Source: Ginglymostoma cirratum
Taxonomy: Eukaryota
NCBI GenBank assembly: GCA_024137785.1
Contig: JAHRHZ010000139.1
Location: forward strand, 38,843,447-38,907,446
Length of the DNA stretch: 64,000 bases
Direction of reading: 5' to 3'
Part shown: positions 29,351-41,200 of the stretch, in pieces
How the letters are laid out: every line of letters starts with the position of its first letter
Position numbering within the stretch: the stretch's first letter is position 1
Translations under genes and position numbers: made by a program
The notes under the pieces: model-generated
What the model was told of the DNA's origin: nothing
The model's input: the letters and a program-made list of their open reading frames with translations, nothing else
Database searches by the model: none

Positions 29351-30125
29351 CAGGAAGTGCTACACCTGCCCCCACACCTCCTCCCTCACCCCAATCCCAG
29401 GCCCCAAGAAGACTTTCCACATCAGGCAGATGTTCATCTGCCAATGTGGTATACTGCATCCGCTGTACCCGTTGTGGCTTCCTCTACATCGGGGAAACCA
29501 AGCGGAGGCTTGGGGATCGCTTTGCAGAACACCTGCGCTCAGTTCGCAACAAACAACTGCACCTCCCAGTCGCGAACCATTTCAACTCCCCCTCCCATTC
29601 CTCAGAGGACATGTCCATCCTGGGCCTCCTGCAAGGCCACAGTGATGCCACCCGAAGGCTGCAGGAACAGCAAATCATATTCAGCCTGGGAACCCTGCAG
29701 CCCAATGGCATCAATGTGGATTTCACAAGCTTCAAAATCTCCCCTCCCCCAACCGCATCCCAAAACCAGCCCAGCTCATCTCCACCTCCCTAACCTGTTT
29801 TTCCTCTCACCTCAAGCCCCACCCCCATCTCCTATCTACTAACATCATCCCGCCCCCTTGACCTGTCCGTCCTCCCTGGACTGACCTATCTCCTCCCTAC
29901 CCCCCTACCTACACTCACCTTTACTGGCTCCATCCTCTTCGACTTGTCTGCCTCCTCTCCACCTATCCTCTCCTCTATCCGCCTCCCCCTCTCTCCCTAT
30001 TTATTTCAGAACCCTCTTCCCCTCCCCCATTTCTGATGAAGAGTCTAGGCCCGAAACGTCAAGTTTTCCTGCTCCTATGATGCTGCTTGACCTGCTGTGT
30101 TCATCCAGTCCCATGCTTGTTATCT
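29351..30125 (+). mobile_element. Penelope-like retroelement 3' fragment (GIY-YIG + pLTR) with 11-bp TSD
   Basis: ORF 29446-29793 VYCIRCTRCGFLYIGETKRRLGDRFAEH is nearly identical to the 55 kb copy. TSD cagctaaacca at 29340-29350 and 30126-30136. Confidence 0.9.
30029..30064 (+). ncRNA. Minimal hammerhead ribozyme motif in a Penelope pLTR, one stem II mismatch
   Basis: attt CTGATGA a GAGT ctag GCCC GAAAC GTC aagt. Confidence 0.7.
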
Positions 30126-30487
30126 CAGCTAAACCATTTGCCTCATTTCAAGTACACGCTACCTTTTCCATTCTGGCTGCTTTGCTGTGTCCCTGGATTT
30201 GGTTTGTAAACTACATGTTCACACTATTCCACCATTTCACAAAATCACGATCTGCCTAGTCCAAAGCTTCAGTGCTAGCTGCAGCCATGCTCGTTCTGGC
30301 AACGCTAATCAGTGTTTGTTCTTGCCTGTGATATTCATGGGGGATTTTGTTTTGTATTGCTGTCCCTTTCAGGTACATCTTTACAACGGGCTAGTCTGGG
30401 GCAGCTCTTGTGACACAGTGATGGTGTCCCTACCTCTGGATCAAGAGGCCAGAGTTCAAGTCAAACCTGCTGTAGAATTTTACCCTC

Positions 30488-30668
30488 AAAACAAAAACAG
30501 GAATTGCTGGAATAGCCCAGCAGGTCTGACAGCATCTGTGTAGAGAAATCAGAGTTAACGTTTCGGGTCGAGTGACCCTTCCTCACGCCACCCGAAGCAT
30601 TAACTCAGTTCTGTCCACAGATGCCGCCAAAACTGCTGAGCTTTTCCAGCAATTTCTGTTTTTGTTTC
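30488..30668. mobile_element. Palindromic (fold-back) mini-element derived from a second Penelope-like pLTR family
   Basis: Arms 30488-30568 and 30590-30668 are imperfect reverse complements and homologous to 39880-39995. Hammerhead-like motif at the centre on the minus strand. Confidence 0.75.
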
Positions 30669-30854
30669 TGATGTAATCTTTCGATTTTTATCTAGAATTT
30701 AACTACTGTCCCTGCCTCTGAGCCAGGCGGTTCAGATGCTCCAAAGCTGTCTGTGACACCCCTGAGCAAAATGTGCCTTTCCCTCCAACTGGTGAGTTGT
30801 ACCCCAATGACCTGCAGTTCCCCTGGCGGCGTACCGGCCATGTCACAGTCGCCG

Positions 30855-31000
30855 TGCTGTGATTGGCGGGGGCTAGTGTGGGGGTGGCTGGCGATTGGTT
30901 GGCGGTGTACTGTCACGTGAGCTAATGGGGCGGGGCCACCTATAAGTGTCGGGGAGAGCTGCGTGTGGCTCTGAGCGACGGCTGAGAGGCACGTGTAGGG
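30855..31000 (+). promoter_or_regulatory. PPP1R3C core/proximal promoter
   Basis: Two inverted CCAAT boxes (ATTGG at 30862 and 30894), GTCACGTGA E-box at 30912-30920, GC box GGGGCGGGGC at 30927-30936, TATAAG at 30941-30946 and a second CACGTG at 30990-30995. CpG-rich from ~30.7 to 31.7 kb against a CpG-depleted background. Confidence 0.85.
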
Positions 31001-31034
31001 GCTACCTGTACTTGAAGCTCGCTGTAACTTCGCT

Positions 31035-31064
31035 ATGATCTCAGTATTGGTGAAGAGCCTTTAA
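31035..31064 (+). other. Upstream ORF (MISVLVKSL*) in the predicted PPP1R3C 5'UTR
   Basis: ATG ATC TCA GTA TTG GTG AAG AGC CTT TAA lies downstream of the TATA box and ends 9 nt before the main ATG, in the same frame. Confidence 0.6.
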
Positions 31065-31073
31065 ATCAGACCG

Positions 31074-31087
31074 ATGAACTGCACCAG
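31074..31087 (+). CDS. PPP1R3C: PPP1R3C coding exon 1 (MNCTR, phase-2 split Arg codon)
   Basis: ATG AAC TGC ACC AG|gtaatt donor. Matches the MSCTR N-terminus of mammalian PTG. Joins exon 2 in frame. Confidence 0.9.
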
Positions 31088-31826
31088 GTAATTGTGCTGC
31101 CTTTCCCACCGCCACTCCCTCCTCCACCGGGGAGGGTAGAAGGGTACGGGAGGGTTCAGTTTCCCGAAGAGAGGCTCCCTGAGGGCAGTCCCGATCTTTG
31201 CAGCGACTCTTCAGCGTTACTCTAAATGTATCCACTGTTCACACCGCAAGCCTTGTAATAAATCTGCGAGTTCTGTCTGCTCGCCTCCTCTTTGATTTTC
31301 CTTTATTCGGTTAGAAAACCATGTTCGACACTATTCGTTTGCGTAAAACTCCCCTCCCACCGGTTTGATTTATTTAAAAGAAACTTCGGATGTATATTTT
31401 TCTCTCCACACGCAACATTCAATTAAAATATTGCATCTTCACCGTGATAACGCGGGATCTCCCGAACCACAAAGCAGGCGGCAGCAGCGGCGGAAAATCT
31501 GCTGGCGTCTTTTATACAAAAAAAAAATCACTGATTTATTTTTAAAGTTTTTAAACGGTTTGCAACTCTCGCTGTTCTTTGAAAACGCCAACAAAATATT
31601 GCGACCGGTGAAAATCGCTCTGTTAAAACAGCCATACCCAACGCTTCTATTTAATTTAAATATGGTTGATGCGTTGCGTCCTTGTTTTTTTTAAAAAAAA
31701 AAGCATTGTAAAATGATTTCTGTCAACTGTTAACTTCTCCGGCATGGGTTCCAGATGTTGAGGGACTTGGTTGCATTTTTGCGATTAGATAAGCAGAGCA
31801 TGACCATGTTGAACCTCGTATTTCAG

Positions 31827-32769
31827 GGTCTATCATATCTTGGATACCAGATCGTTACCACCTGTCTCGATTATGCCAGTTGATATAGCCATGCGACTCT
31901 GTTTGGCTCATTCTCCACCTATGAGGAATTTCCTTGGCCCCTATGATCCTTACAGAGGGCTGAACATCACCAGTAGGCTGAAGCCCCTGCGGCCTTGCAT
32001 CAGTCTGAAAGGTGGAGCTGAATCGTGCAATGATGGCTGGGCTCAATCCAAAGGCAAAAGAAAGAAAACTGTGGCTTTTGCAGATGATAAAGGTTTTTCT
32101 CTCACTGCAGTTCACTTTTTCTCTGAATGTGAAGACTCGCTCGCTGAACTACAGTTTGACCTGACAGATCTCGACAACACAACGTGTGAACTGAAAGCAA
32201 ACGAAAGAAAGCCCCTGGTCCTGGATTTCTCTCCGCCATCTTCAGACTACATGGAATTCAGAAATCGCCTAAAGAAGAATTTTGTCTGCCTTGAAAATTG
32301 CACTGTGCAGGAGAAATTCATCACAGGCACTGTCGCAGTGAGGAATCTAAGTTACCATAAAGTAGTTCAAATCCGGATAACATTCGACACTTGGAAAAGT
32401 TATAAGGATGTGGACTGTACATTTCTAAACAATATTTATGGCTGTTCTGAAACAGACACATTTTCTTTCGCTATTGACCTGCCATCACCCATACCGCCAC
32501 AGGAAAAGATTGAGTTCTGCATCTCCTTTAAGTGTGGAGACCAAATCTATTGGGATAACAATGAGGGGAAGAATTACGGCATTGTTCACATCGATTGGAA
32601 ACCTGACAGGAATCCGGCCCCCACCCCCTTCAAGGATGAGGTGACCAAGACCCCTGTAAAGGTGCAGACGATTGAATGTGACCAGTATGGAAGCCCACGA
32701 TCATCGAGTGAGCTGTTTCCTGAATGGCAGAGCTGGGGAAAGATCGAGACGGCTCTGCCGTATTGGTGA
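31827..32769 (+). CDS. PPP1R3C: PPP1R3C coding exon 2: protein phosphatase 1 regulatory subunit 3C (PTG), CBM21 domain; spliced protein 318 aa
   Basis: Acceptor tttcag|G at 31826/31827, then an open frame VYHILDTRSLPP..MPVDIAMRLCLAHSPP. RVxF-type PP1 docking motif KKTVAFAD. CBM21 motifs GTVAVRNLSYHK, RITFDTWK, FSFAIDLP, WDNNEGKNY. C-terminal GSPR..LFPEWQSWG is typical of PPP1R3C. Confidence 0.95.
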
Positions 32770-34340
32770 CAGATGTTAGTGTTGCTGTATTGTTTGGTGG
32801 AGAGTTGCCTCAATTTCCATATTAAAACTTATGAAAACCATGCTGTTGATCTGTAAAGTCCCCTACTAAATTTAATAATCAACTTGGTACCATTTTTCAA
32901 AAAGTTCTCCTGTGCAACCTTTTAATTTTGTTCAGCTCCTATATGTACTATAGGACCATCTTAAAATGGATTAGTGGCTGTCTTGTATCATGCACTTCAG
33001 TGCAACACAAGTTACTAATATGGATAATTAGTGTGCAGATATGAAAATTCACATTGGATCCTTGAGGCTCTGTGGTAAGGATGCTAAATTTTGGAGTTGT
33101 AGAATTTTGTGCCATGCTTGCTATATTTTAAAACAACAAGAACTGCTAGTGTGTAGAGAATTGAATAGGATAAGCTACAGCACTTGACGCACTGTGAACG
33201 AAGGTGTACTATAAACATTTTTACCTGGCTAACAGCCTGTTAGTGAGCTGTGTAACTTGCAAGCACTAACTCGGTGATTATGTATGCTGTGATTAGTCAT
33301 GGATACATGACAGGCTAAACTAGACGGTAGCTAGAAATACATTGCACGTTGTAAAGCAACTGAGTGCCTTTTTGTTGAACAACTGACATCACTGGATGCT
33401 AAATATGCAGGTTCCCAAATCAAATTTGATGCAGCTGTGAGAAGCTAAAGTTTGTTCAAATTGATATATTGTTTTGGCTGGGTTTATAAGCAGGCTAAAA
33501 ATCATGTCTTTTTTAGGGTTATACTGATCGGTCCTTAGAATACAGCTAATGCATTCAGCATTATATTTTGGGTATATTCACTTTACTACTTTCCTGAAAT
33601 GTTTTACCAATTAAATCCAAAGGTTTTCCACACTTCTGAACATTCAGTTCTGTATGCGTTTAGCTAGCCTCAATTTTATTACTTTTGTATCCAAATGAAA
33701 GGAAAACCTGACAATTGGAAGGCCTGTTTCTATGTAGCAATATGCTTGGACAACCAACATTATCGCCTTTTGCACTGCTTTTTCAAATGTGACTATGGCA
33801 CTGTATTTTCCTAATTATATGTACATATAGCTATGAGGTACTCATGATCCTTCATATTGAAGGCTGGAAAATTAACTTGTATTTGGATACACATGGGTTC
33901 TTAATCAGAAAGCAATACATTTCTGGAGACTGCAATGATTTGGTTTGAAGGGACCTGATGGATCCCTTTGCTCTCTTTTGGTTAGGATTCTGTAATTTTT
34001 TTTTTTTTTTTTTGTTTGTTTGTTTCCTTTAGTCTCTGATACTAACGTTGCCACTATACAGGAAGCATTTTATGCAGCTGTAAGCAGTAGCTTCAAACTT
34101 TATAAGTTTTCAAGCTATTAATACTGATCTCTGTTCACTAATGTAACTGAAAATTACAACACTCTCAGAAGAGCGAGACCGTTTGTTGAAAACGTATTGG
34201 CTTGTCCATCCAGAAAATGTTTGCTATGCCTTCTGCTTCTCTATGCAACATAGTGGCAACTGTATCACAGTGACAATGGTCTTTTGCTTCTGCTATGCTG
34301 TTTGAAAGTCTAATAAAAATTCTTTTTTGAATTGATACAA
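32770..34340 (+). other. Predicted PPP1R3C 3'UTR with polyadenylation signal
   Basis: AT-rich stretch after the stop codon with no recognisable interspersed repeats. First clear AATAAA at 34312-34317, followed by U/GU-rich sequence. Confidence 0.6.
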
Positions 34341-36859
34341 ATCCCAAATTTTCATTTGTCAACTGAGCATATGCCCTGTTGTATGTATGTGTTTCACAAT
34401 TAACCCTTTTTTAGATAATATATCCTATTTAATATGGTTAGGTTCCCTTCTAAGTTTCACGAATTTGTCATGAACAAGTCTTCTGACACTAGAATCAGTT
34501 TCATGGTTGTTTCTAGTACTGCCTCAGAGGTATGAAGGTTCTCAGGTGCAAGAATACTCCTCCGGTCCAAAGCTCCCATTCAGTTTAGGCATAGTGCCAA
34601 CCCTACACCAATCCTTTTGACGCTGAAAAATGGCCATATATAGTTGACATTTGGTTTTATACAAGGTTGGTCCAATTATTTTCTTAACTCCTCCTTTGAC
34701 CAAATGTTTGAAACATGTCAGGAGATGGAGCACTTCACTCCTGTAAGGCAGTGCATGGATGCCAGATTCTCATCCTGCCATGGTAGGGGTATGTGCTGGG
34801 AGTATTAGGCTGGTAACAAACACAGCACTGAGGCGCCTTATGTATAGAGAGGAATGAAAAACTATGCTGCTTAGCATTCTGCTTGCAGTTGAAGATGAGG
34901 TTACTGAGGAAAATGGAGAATGTAAGTTAATACAGGCACGCTGAAAAGGAGGAAAAAATTTTATAATTATGTTATCTATGGTTAATTGACTTTAAACTAG
35001 TTTATGACGTAACCTATCAAAGCACTTGGGATTAGGCCATAATTGCTTGTCATGCCAGCAGGGTGCATGTCTTGAGTAATTAGAACATAATTAACCCCAC
35101 TTTAGACTTTGTTTTTCTTTGTTTTTATTAGCTTTTCTGATACCTTTAGTGTTTTTGACTTCAGGAATCAACTTTTTTCTTTCTCTGTATTGCATGTGTT
35201 TTTTTTTCTCGACCTGCAAACTTCCTGGGACAGGTTCAGATTGTCTGTATCTTTGTTCCAGTCACCTACTTTGATAAACCTGACTGTTCCCCTTCTCATT
35301 TTTGAACTCTTTTTGTGAAGCCCAGTAATTGTTTTTAAGGTAACTTCCTGATTGTCATCTGACATTTGTTACCTACTTTCTGCTGTGCCCATCTTAACAC
35401 CTTGTGTTCATGTTAACAGCCTCCTCAAACATTTTGACTTACCCTCAATGCATTTCACTGGTGTACAATTTCCCCTCAAAGCAATATTGGCATTTACATA
35501 TCTCCCAATGTAAGTATACCCTTTGGAGACCACTGTCATCTGGGGTGAGGATTAATAAAACAAAATGATCATTATATTTTACCTGAGATGATTACTACAA
35601 AGAGCATAGCCTTTATTGTTTACTTTGGTTTTATTTTGCCCTTTGATCTCTTTGCAGGTTTTGTCGACAATATGCTTGTGTCAGCTGATGTAATGTGATT
35701 GTGGTGTAACTTGAAATCTGAGTGTGATCTCTTGACTGTGTGTTGTAGATTTAAAGGACGATTATTGAAGGGAAACAGGAAAGGGTGTCCAGACTGGTTA
35801 ACACAGTCTGTATAATCACTGAAATATTTTTGTACTTGAGACTTGATGTTTGTAAGGTAGGATTCGGTTAAGGGCAGAAAAGTCTAAAGGGAGTATCTTT
35901 TCACTCAAAGTGCTTTGCCATTTAATAAAGAAAAAAATTCAGTTATAACTTTCAACAGAAATGATCACCCATTTTCTTCCTCTCTGCTTTCTTATCATTG
36001 GGTGTTTCAGTTGTATTAGAATTGGCAAAAGGGGAAACTTAAAACTTGGCTTCCATAGTATTTTAACAAAAAGTCAATTGGCTAAATTCTCCTGAGGCTA
36101 ATTCCATTCTTCTGTAGGAAGAATGCTTTGAGAAAAGTGGCCTTTTTTTAAGGAAATTGTATGAAGAAAAATAAAGCTTTATATTGTAAACCTTCTTGTA
36201 GCATTTTTTTGTGAACTAACATTATAAATTCAAGTTGACACACACTGAAAATCGATTGCAAGACCCCGGTGAAGAAAATAGCACTTCACCTTTCATAAAC
36301 CTTTATGTAATGGATTAATTCCTGTGGAGCTGGAATTGATATTGGGATCTAACTGTTGGATTAAATTTAAAACAAACTCTTACCTAAAACTTGCTGACTC
36401 ATTGTGAGTGGTTCTTTATCCCTGGGTCATTTAAAAAATGGCCAAATTTACACACGCTATGGTGGCTTATTTGACAAATTTTGCCCATTTAATATTTATT
36501 GAATACTTGTGCTGCCCTCTATAGCATACACAACTACCATAGATCTGTCAAACTGTTGTATTTGTTTGGTAAGTTACAGAATCTCCTTTTCCATATGTTT
36601 ACTGGAATGTCTCCTCACAATGAAAGACAGCGTTTAGCACCAGATGAAATTACTCCAGCTAGCTAGATATGAAAATGCATGAGATCTGTCACCAAGATCC
36701 TACACCGTTTAAACCACTTCTTTTTGTTTTAATATTCGGGTGGAAACATCCTTCCCAATCGTTGTTTTAAATGAAATAAAGAAAGTCACTGGTCAGAATT
36801 GGAGCTTTGGAAATGCAACTCAATATTTACGCTATAGAAGGCTGAGTCAGAGCTAGACA

Positions 36860-37052
36860 ATAAAAGCAGAGAATGCTGGAGAAATGTTACAGGTCTGGTG
36901 GCATCTCTAACAGGAGAAGCAGTTAATGTTTCAGTGTGACTGCTTCAGAACTCTATTAACAGACTTGATGTTAACTCTTACAGCATCTGCCAAGAGACAG
37001 ACAGACATTTTGTCTGCTTCAAATTTACGGCAACTGCAATATTTTGCTTTTA
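36860..37052. mobile_element. Highly degenerate copy of the same palindromic pLTR-type element
   Basis: aaaagcagagaatgctggag...caggtctggtggcatct...gttaatgtttc...cttcagaa, ending ctgcaatattttgctttta. Confidence 0.5.
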
Positions 37053-39649
37053 ATAGACAATTCAAGGTCTTGTTTGTTTTGAGTAGAACGCTGCTGTTAT
37101 ACATACTATTGGTCTCATATATGTTTGAGGTCAATGTCCTTTTCTGTTCAGGGCTTTCAGTAAAGTAACCAGATTTGCAGCAAAATCCACGTGTGCTGTA
37201 CGCCTTCCAGTTGGTAAACATTGTATAAGTGCACCTTTTTTTATTCCTGTATTCCAATCCAATAACAATTGACCATATATCATTCCATAAATAATTCAAA
37301 TTTGTCAATGGTGGTGCAACTAGACTTACAAAATAAGTCAACAGCAAGTAGTTAAATCCTTGAATAGTACTAGCCAATAAATTTGGCTTTTGTTTCTGTT
37401 GTTGTATATTTGTACACTCTGTTTGTACTTCAGATAAGTGAGTGTTGGGTTTACACTTGAGCAATGCAGGACCTTGTGTCAGTTAACAGTATGTACCCAT
37501 TTATATTAGGAATCATGTTGCAAAACTATTCAAAGTGCTCGTTCATAGTGGTTTACACCTAAACTGTGTTTACAGCAACTCCTTCCCAACAATTTATTAG
37601 ACACAGCACTGTGTTTGCCTACACAGTTCCAGCAGGGAAAAAGAAAGCAAGGCTTATCAACCAAACAACATTTCAGTAATCAGAGCAGTGTAGATGAACA
37701 CTTGTCAAGGTGACATATCCAGTTATCTATCCACTGAGCTGACCATCTAATTTTTTAAACAGGAGGGACAGGACTGATGGCTGAGGTGGAGACAGAAGTG
37801 AAAGGTGAGTAACTGGGGAGAGTATTTACTTTCTGGTTGTGTGGTTGATATTGCTCATGCTTTGTGGGCGTGGTTCCTTCACTGAGTGGCTAAAGAAAAG
37901 TGCTGCGCACTTAAAGGGATTCATATAAACTTTGCTAATGACCCTATTGGTAATGGTCGGTTAGGTATTCAGATCTCTTACGATTCTGGACTCAATGTTA
38001 GGCCTTTACCAATCCAAATGGCTACTCCTGCCAATTTTTATATACATTTCCCTTACTCCTGTGACAGTCCACACACTTTTGCACAGATAATTGCATGTTA
38101 AAAGAATACATGGAAAATTCACTTATCCATGATTAATAAAATGCTACAAATCTGTGCATAATTAAAATTTTCTATCTGATACATGGAGTGTTATTCTGAT
38201 GTTTTGTAACCTATCCACATTGTCACCATTCTGCTTCCAAGTTTGAGTGCCGGCATAACAGTAACCTGCTCCTGTCAATTGAAAGGTGGTTTTTTTTTTT
38301 TTTTTTTTTTTTTTTATTTTTTAAAGTCTTGCTTAACTTCTGATCTAAATCATTTTTAAAAGGTCCCCGGCAGGAATTTGAATGGTTCCAATGTGGATCT
38401 GTAACTTTAATACTGCACAGCTGTACTTGTTCTTCCACCATGTGGATGGTTTGCACTAAACCCATCATCCCGCTCAATCAAATTCCCTGTGATATCTCCC
38501 TTCTAGAAGTTCAGGGTGAGAGTCCGTGAAGAAATCTTGATGGCTGACGAACCAGCTATTCACTGCAACAAAACTGGCCTACTTAGAATAGCTGTAAAGT
38601 TGAACTGCAAGGGTGTGGGTGCCATAGTTAATGTTATTCTCATGGGTGAGTCCAGAACTAGAGGGTACTATTTTAAGTTGGTGGTTCCTAATTTTGGGTA
38701 GAGATGAGGGTAATTTTTTTGTTTTGGAAACTCTGCTTAGGAGGTAGTGTCAGTGGAGATCATTAAATCTTTTTAATTTGAAAGTAGGTTCTTGTTGGGC
38801 AAGGTGAATGTAAGGTTATTGGGTATAGATAGGAATGTGGAATTGGTTTATGTTCCAATCATTCATGGTCTTATTGAATGACAGAGCAGGCTCAGGGGTT
38901 GAATACCCTACTTATAATTTGTACATTTTACTATGAATCTTTTGTACGTCAGTGAATGCAGTGACTGGACCATAAAGTTATAGCACAAAGGGGCCTTTCA
39001 GCACATTGTGTCTGTGCCCGCTGAAGAAACTAGCTGCCTATTCTGAGCCCACTTATCAGCACCTGATCTGTAGCCTTGCACGTTACAGTGCTTCAGGTTC
39101 AGATCTAAGTTTATTTTTAATGTGTTTAAGGGTTTCCACCTCCACTAGCAACTGGGCATCAAATTCCAGAAACCCTTCAACCCTAGGTTTAAAATGTTTT
39201 TCCTCCTGTCCCGTCTACTTTTGTCAATCACCTTTTAAATATCTGCCCCAGATAATTTCTGCAGTCGGGGTAATTGGTCTTCCTGGCAGACTCGGTCCAA
39301 TCCTCGTTATTTTGCGCTCCTCAATTGAGTCATCCTTTTGCTGTCTCTTTTGACATAAAATGACCAATCCTGCTTTATGGCTACAATCTTCAAGACCTGG
39401 CACCAAGGGGGAGATGGATTTTCCGGAAGTGATAATGCCACTGGATCACTATTCCAGAGCTCCAGTCTTCTGAAGTGAGGAGTTCAAATAATGTTATGAT
39501 AACTGGTGAAACTTCATTTTTAATGAATTCAACTGATAAATTAAAATCTGGTCCCAATAATAGTGATAATGAAACTGTCATCAATTGTCCTAAAATACAA
39601 CTGAGTTCAATAATTTTAGGGCCTAAACTCTCCCATGTCCCCCACACCA

Positions 39650-40026
39650 GGCTGTGTTACCACATAGTCTACAATTACATACCACCTGTTGTTAGTCATT
39701 AACAGTCCCCATTAACAACCATTCACCCTCCTAGCCTGATCGTTTTCAACTCTGTCTGTCCAACTGCTCTTCTTCTGTCTCTTTAGGCTCTATCCTATCG
39801 TTTACTCCCTGTCCCATTTCCGCCTGCCCCCCCCCCACCATCTTTTCTGCATATAAACTGACATTTTCCTAGCCACCATCAGTTCTGAGGAAGGGTCACC
39901 AGACCTGAAATGTTTACACTTTTTTTTTGTTTTTTTTTCCTTCACAGGTGCTGCCAGACCTGCTGAGCTTTTCCAGAAACTTTGTTTTTGTTCCTGACTT
40001 ACAGCATCTGCAGTTCTTTTGGTTTA
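39650..40026 (+). mobile_element. Penelope-like pLTR (family 2) with hammerhead-like motif at 39881-39918
   Basis: Pyrimidine-rich tract, then agtt CTGAGGA a GGGTC acca GACCT GAAA TGTT, then the gctgccagacctgctgagcttttccag...cagcatctgcag tail. Confidence 0.7.
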
Positions 40027-40321
40027 TATGTCCTAAAATACACCTGGTTTTCCAAGACTCCTCTGTACCTTCTACCTGATTAGGATCTTCAAGCTAACCT
40101 GGTTGTAACATAGTGAGCCATAAGTAAACAGACCAAATACTGGGAATAAGTACAGTGGAAGAGAGTTCCAGTTAAAGGATGCAGAGCACATCATCTTCCT
40201 TACATAAACGCTGATACTTGGCAGAGAGTCATCCAAGATTCGATGTATTTTGGAGCAGGAAATGTGGGATAAAAAGAATCCTGGCGAGACTGAGCAGGTC
40301 TGAAAGCGTTTACAGTCATAC

Positions 40322-41200
40322 ATTGAGTCATGCAGCGTAGAAACAGACGGTTAGGTCCAACCAGTCCATGCCGACCATAAACTAAACTAGTCCCACCTGC
40401 CTGTGCTTGGCCCATATCCTTCCAAACATTTCTTATTCATGTACTTAGCTAAATGTCTTCTAAGTGTTGTAACTGTACCCGCATCCATTAATACTTGTGG
40501 AAGTTAACTCCACACATGAACCACTTTGTCTATTTAAAAAAAAGCCCCTTGTGTTTTTTCTTAAATCTTCCTCCTCTCGCCTTAAAAATATACCCCCTTG
40601 TCTTGAAACATCCCACCCTAGGGAAAAAAAAAACACCTGGCATTCACCTTATTGTTACCCCTCATGATTTTGTATATCTCAATAAGGTCACTTCTTAACC
40701 TTCCACGCTCCAATGGAGCCGGGGGCAGGGAGTTCCAGCCTGTCCTAATAACTCAAAACCCTCCATTCCCGGCAACATCCCGATTAAATCTCTTCTGGAC
40801 CGTCTCCAGCTTAATGATATCTTTCCTATAAACGGGGTGTCCAGAACTGTACACACTACTCCAGAAGAGGCCTCACTAATGTCCTGTATAACCGCAACGT
40901 AACATCCCAACTCCTATACTTAAAGGTCTGAGCAATGAAGGCAAGTGTCCTAATTGACTTCTTAACCACCCTATCTATATGTGATGCAGACTTCAAATAA
41001 TTATGTACCTGAACACCAAAGTCTCTCTGTTAACTACCCAAGGCTCTACTTTTAATTTTATAAGTCTTGCCTGCCTTTATTTCGCAATACCTCACATTTA
41101 TCCAAATTAAACTTCATCTGCCGCTCTTCAACCCATTGACCCAATTGATCAAGATCTCTTTGTAATCTTAGACAACCTTCTTCAGTGTTCACTACACCAT
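40322..41200 (-). mobile_element. CR1 LINE 3' fragment
   Basis: Reverse complement of the CR1 ORF2 C-terminus and 3'UTR. Same family as the 53.0 kb and 60.9/62.1 kb copies. Confidence 0.75.

Noticed and set aside
31365-31694. 109-aa ORF within PPP1R3C intron 1
   Set aside because: TTG start, low-complexity A/T tracts, and no homology recognised.
31840-32769. TTG-initiated 309-aa ORF as the complete gene
   Set aside because: The true start is the ATG in the upstream 14-nt exon. The TTG is an internal Leu after the splice acceptor.
36931-37464. 177-aa minus-strand ORF
   Set aside because: Non-ATG start, no recognisable domain, AT-rich composition, and overlap with a decayed repeat.
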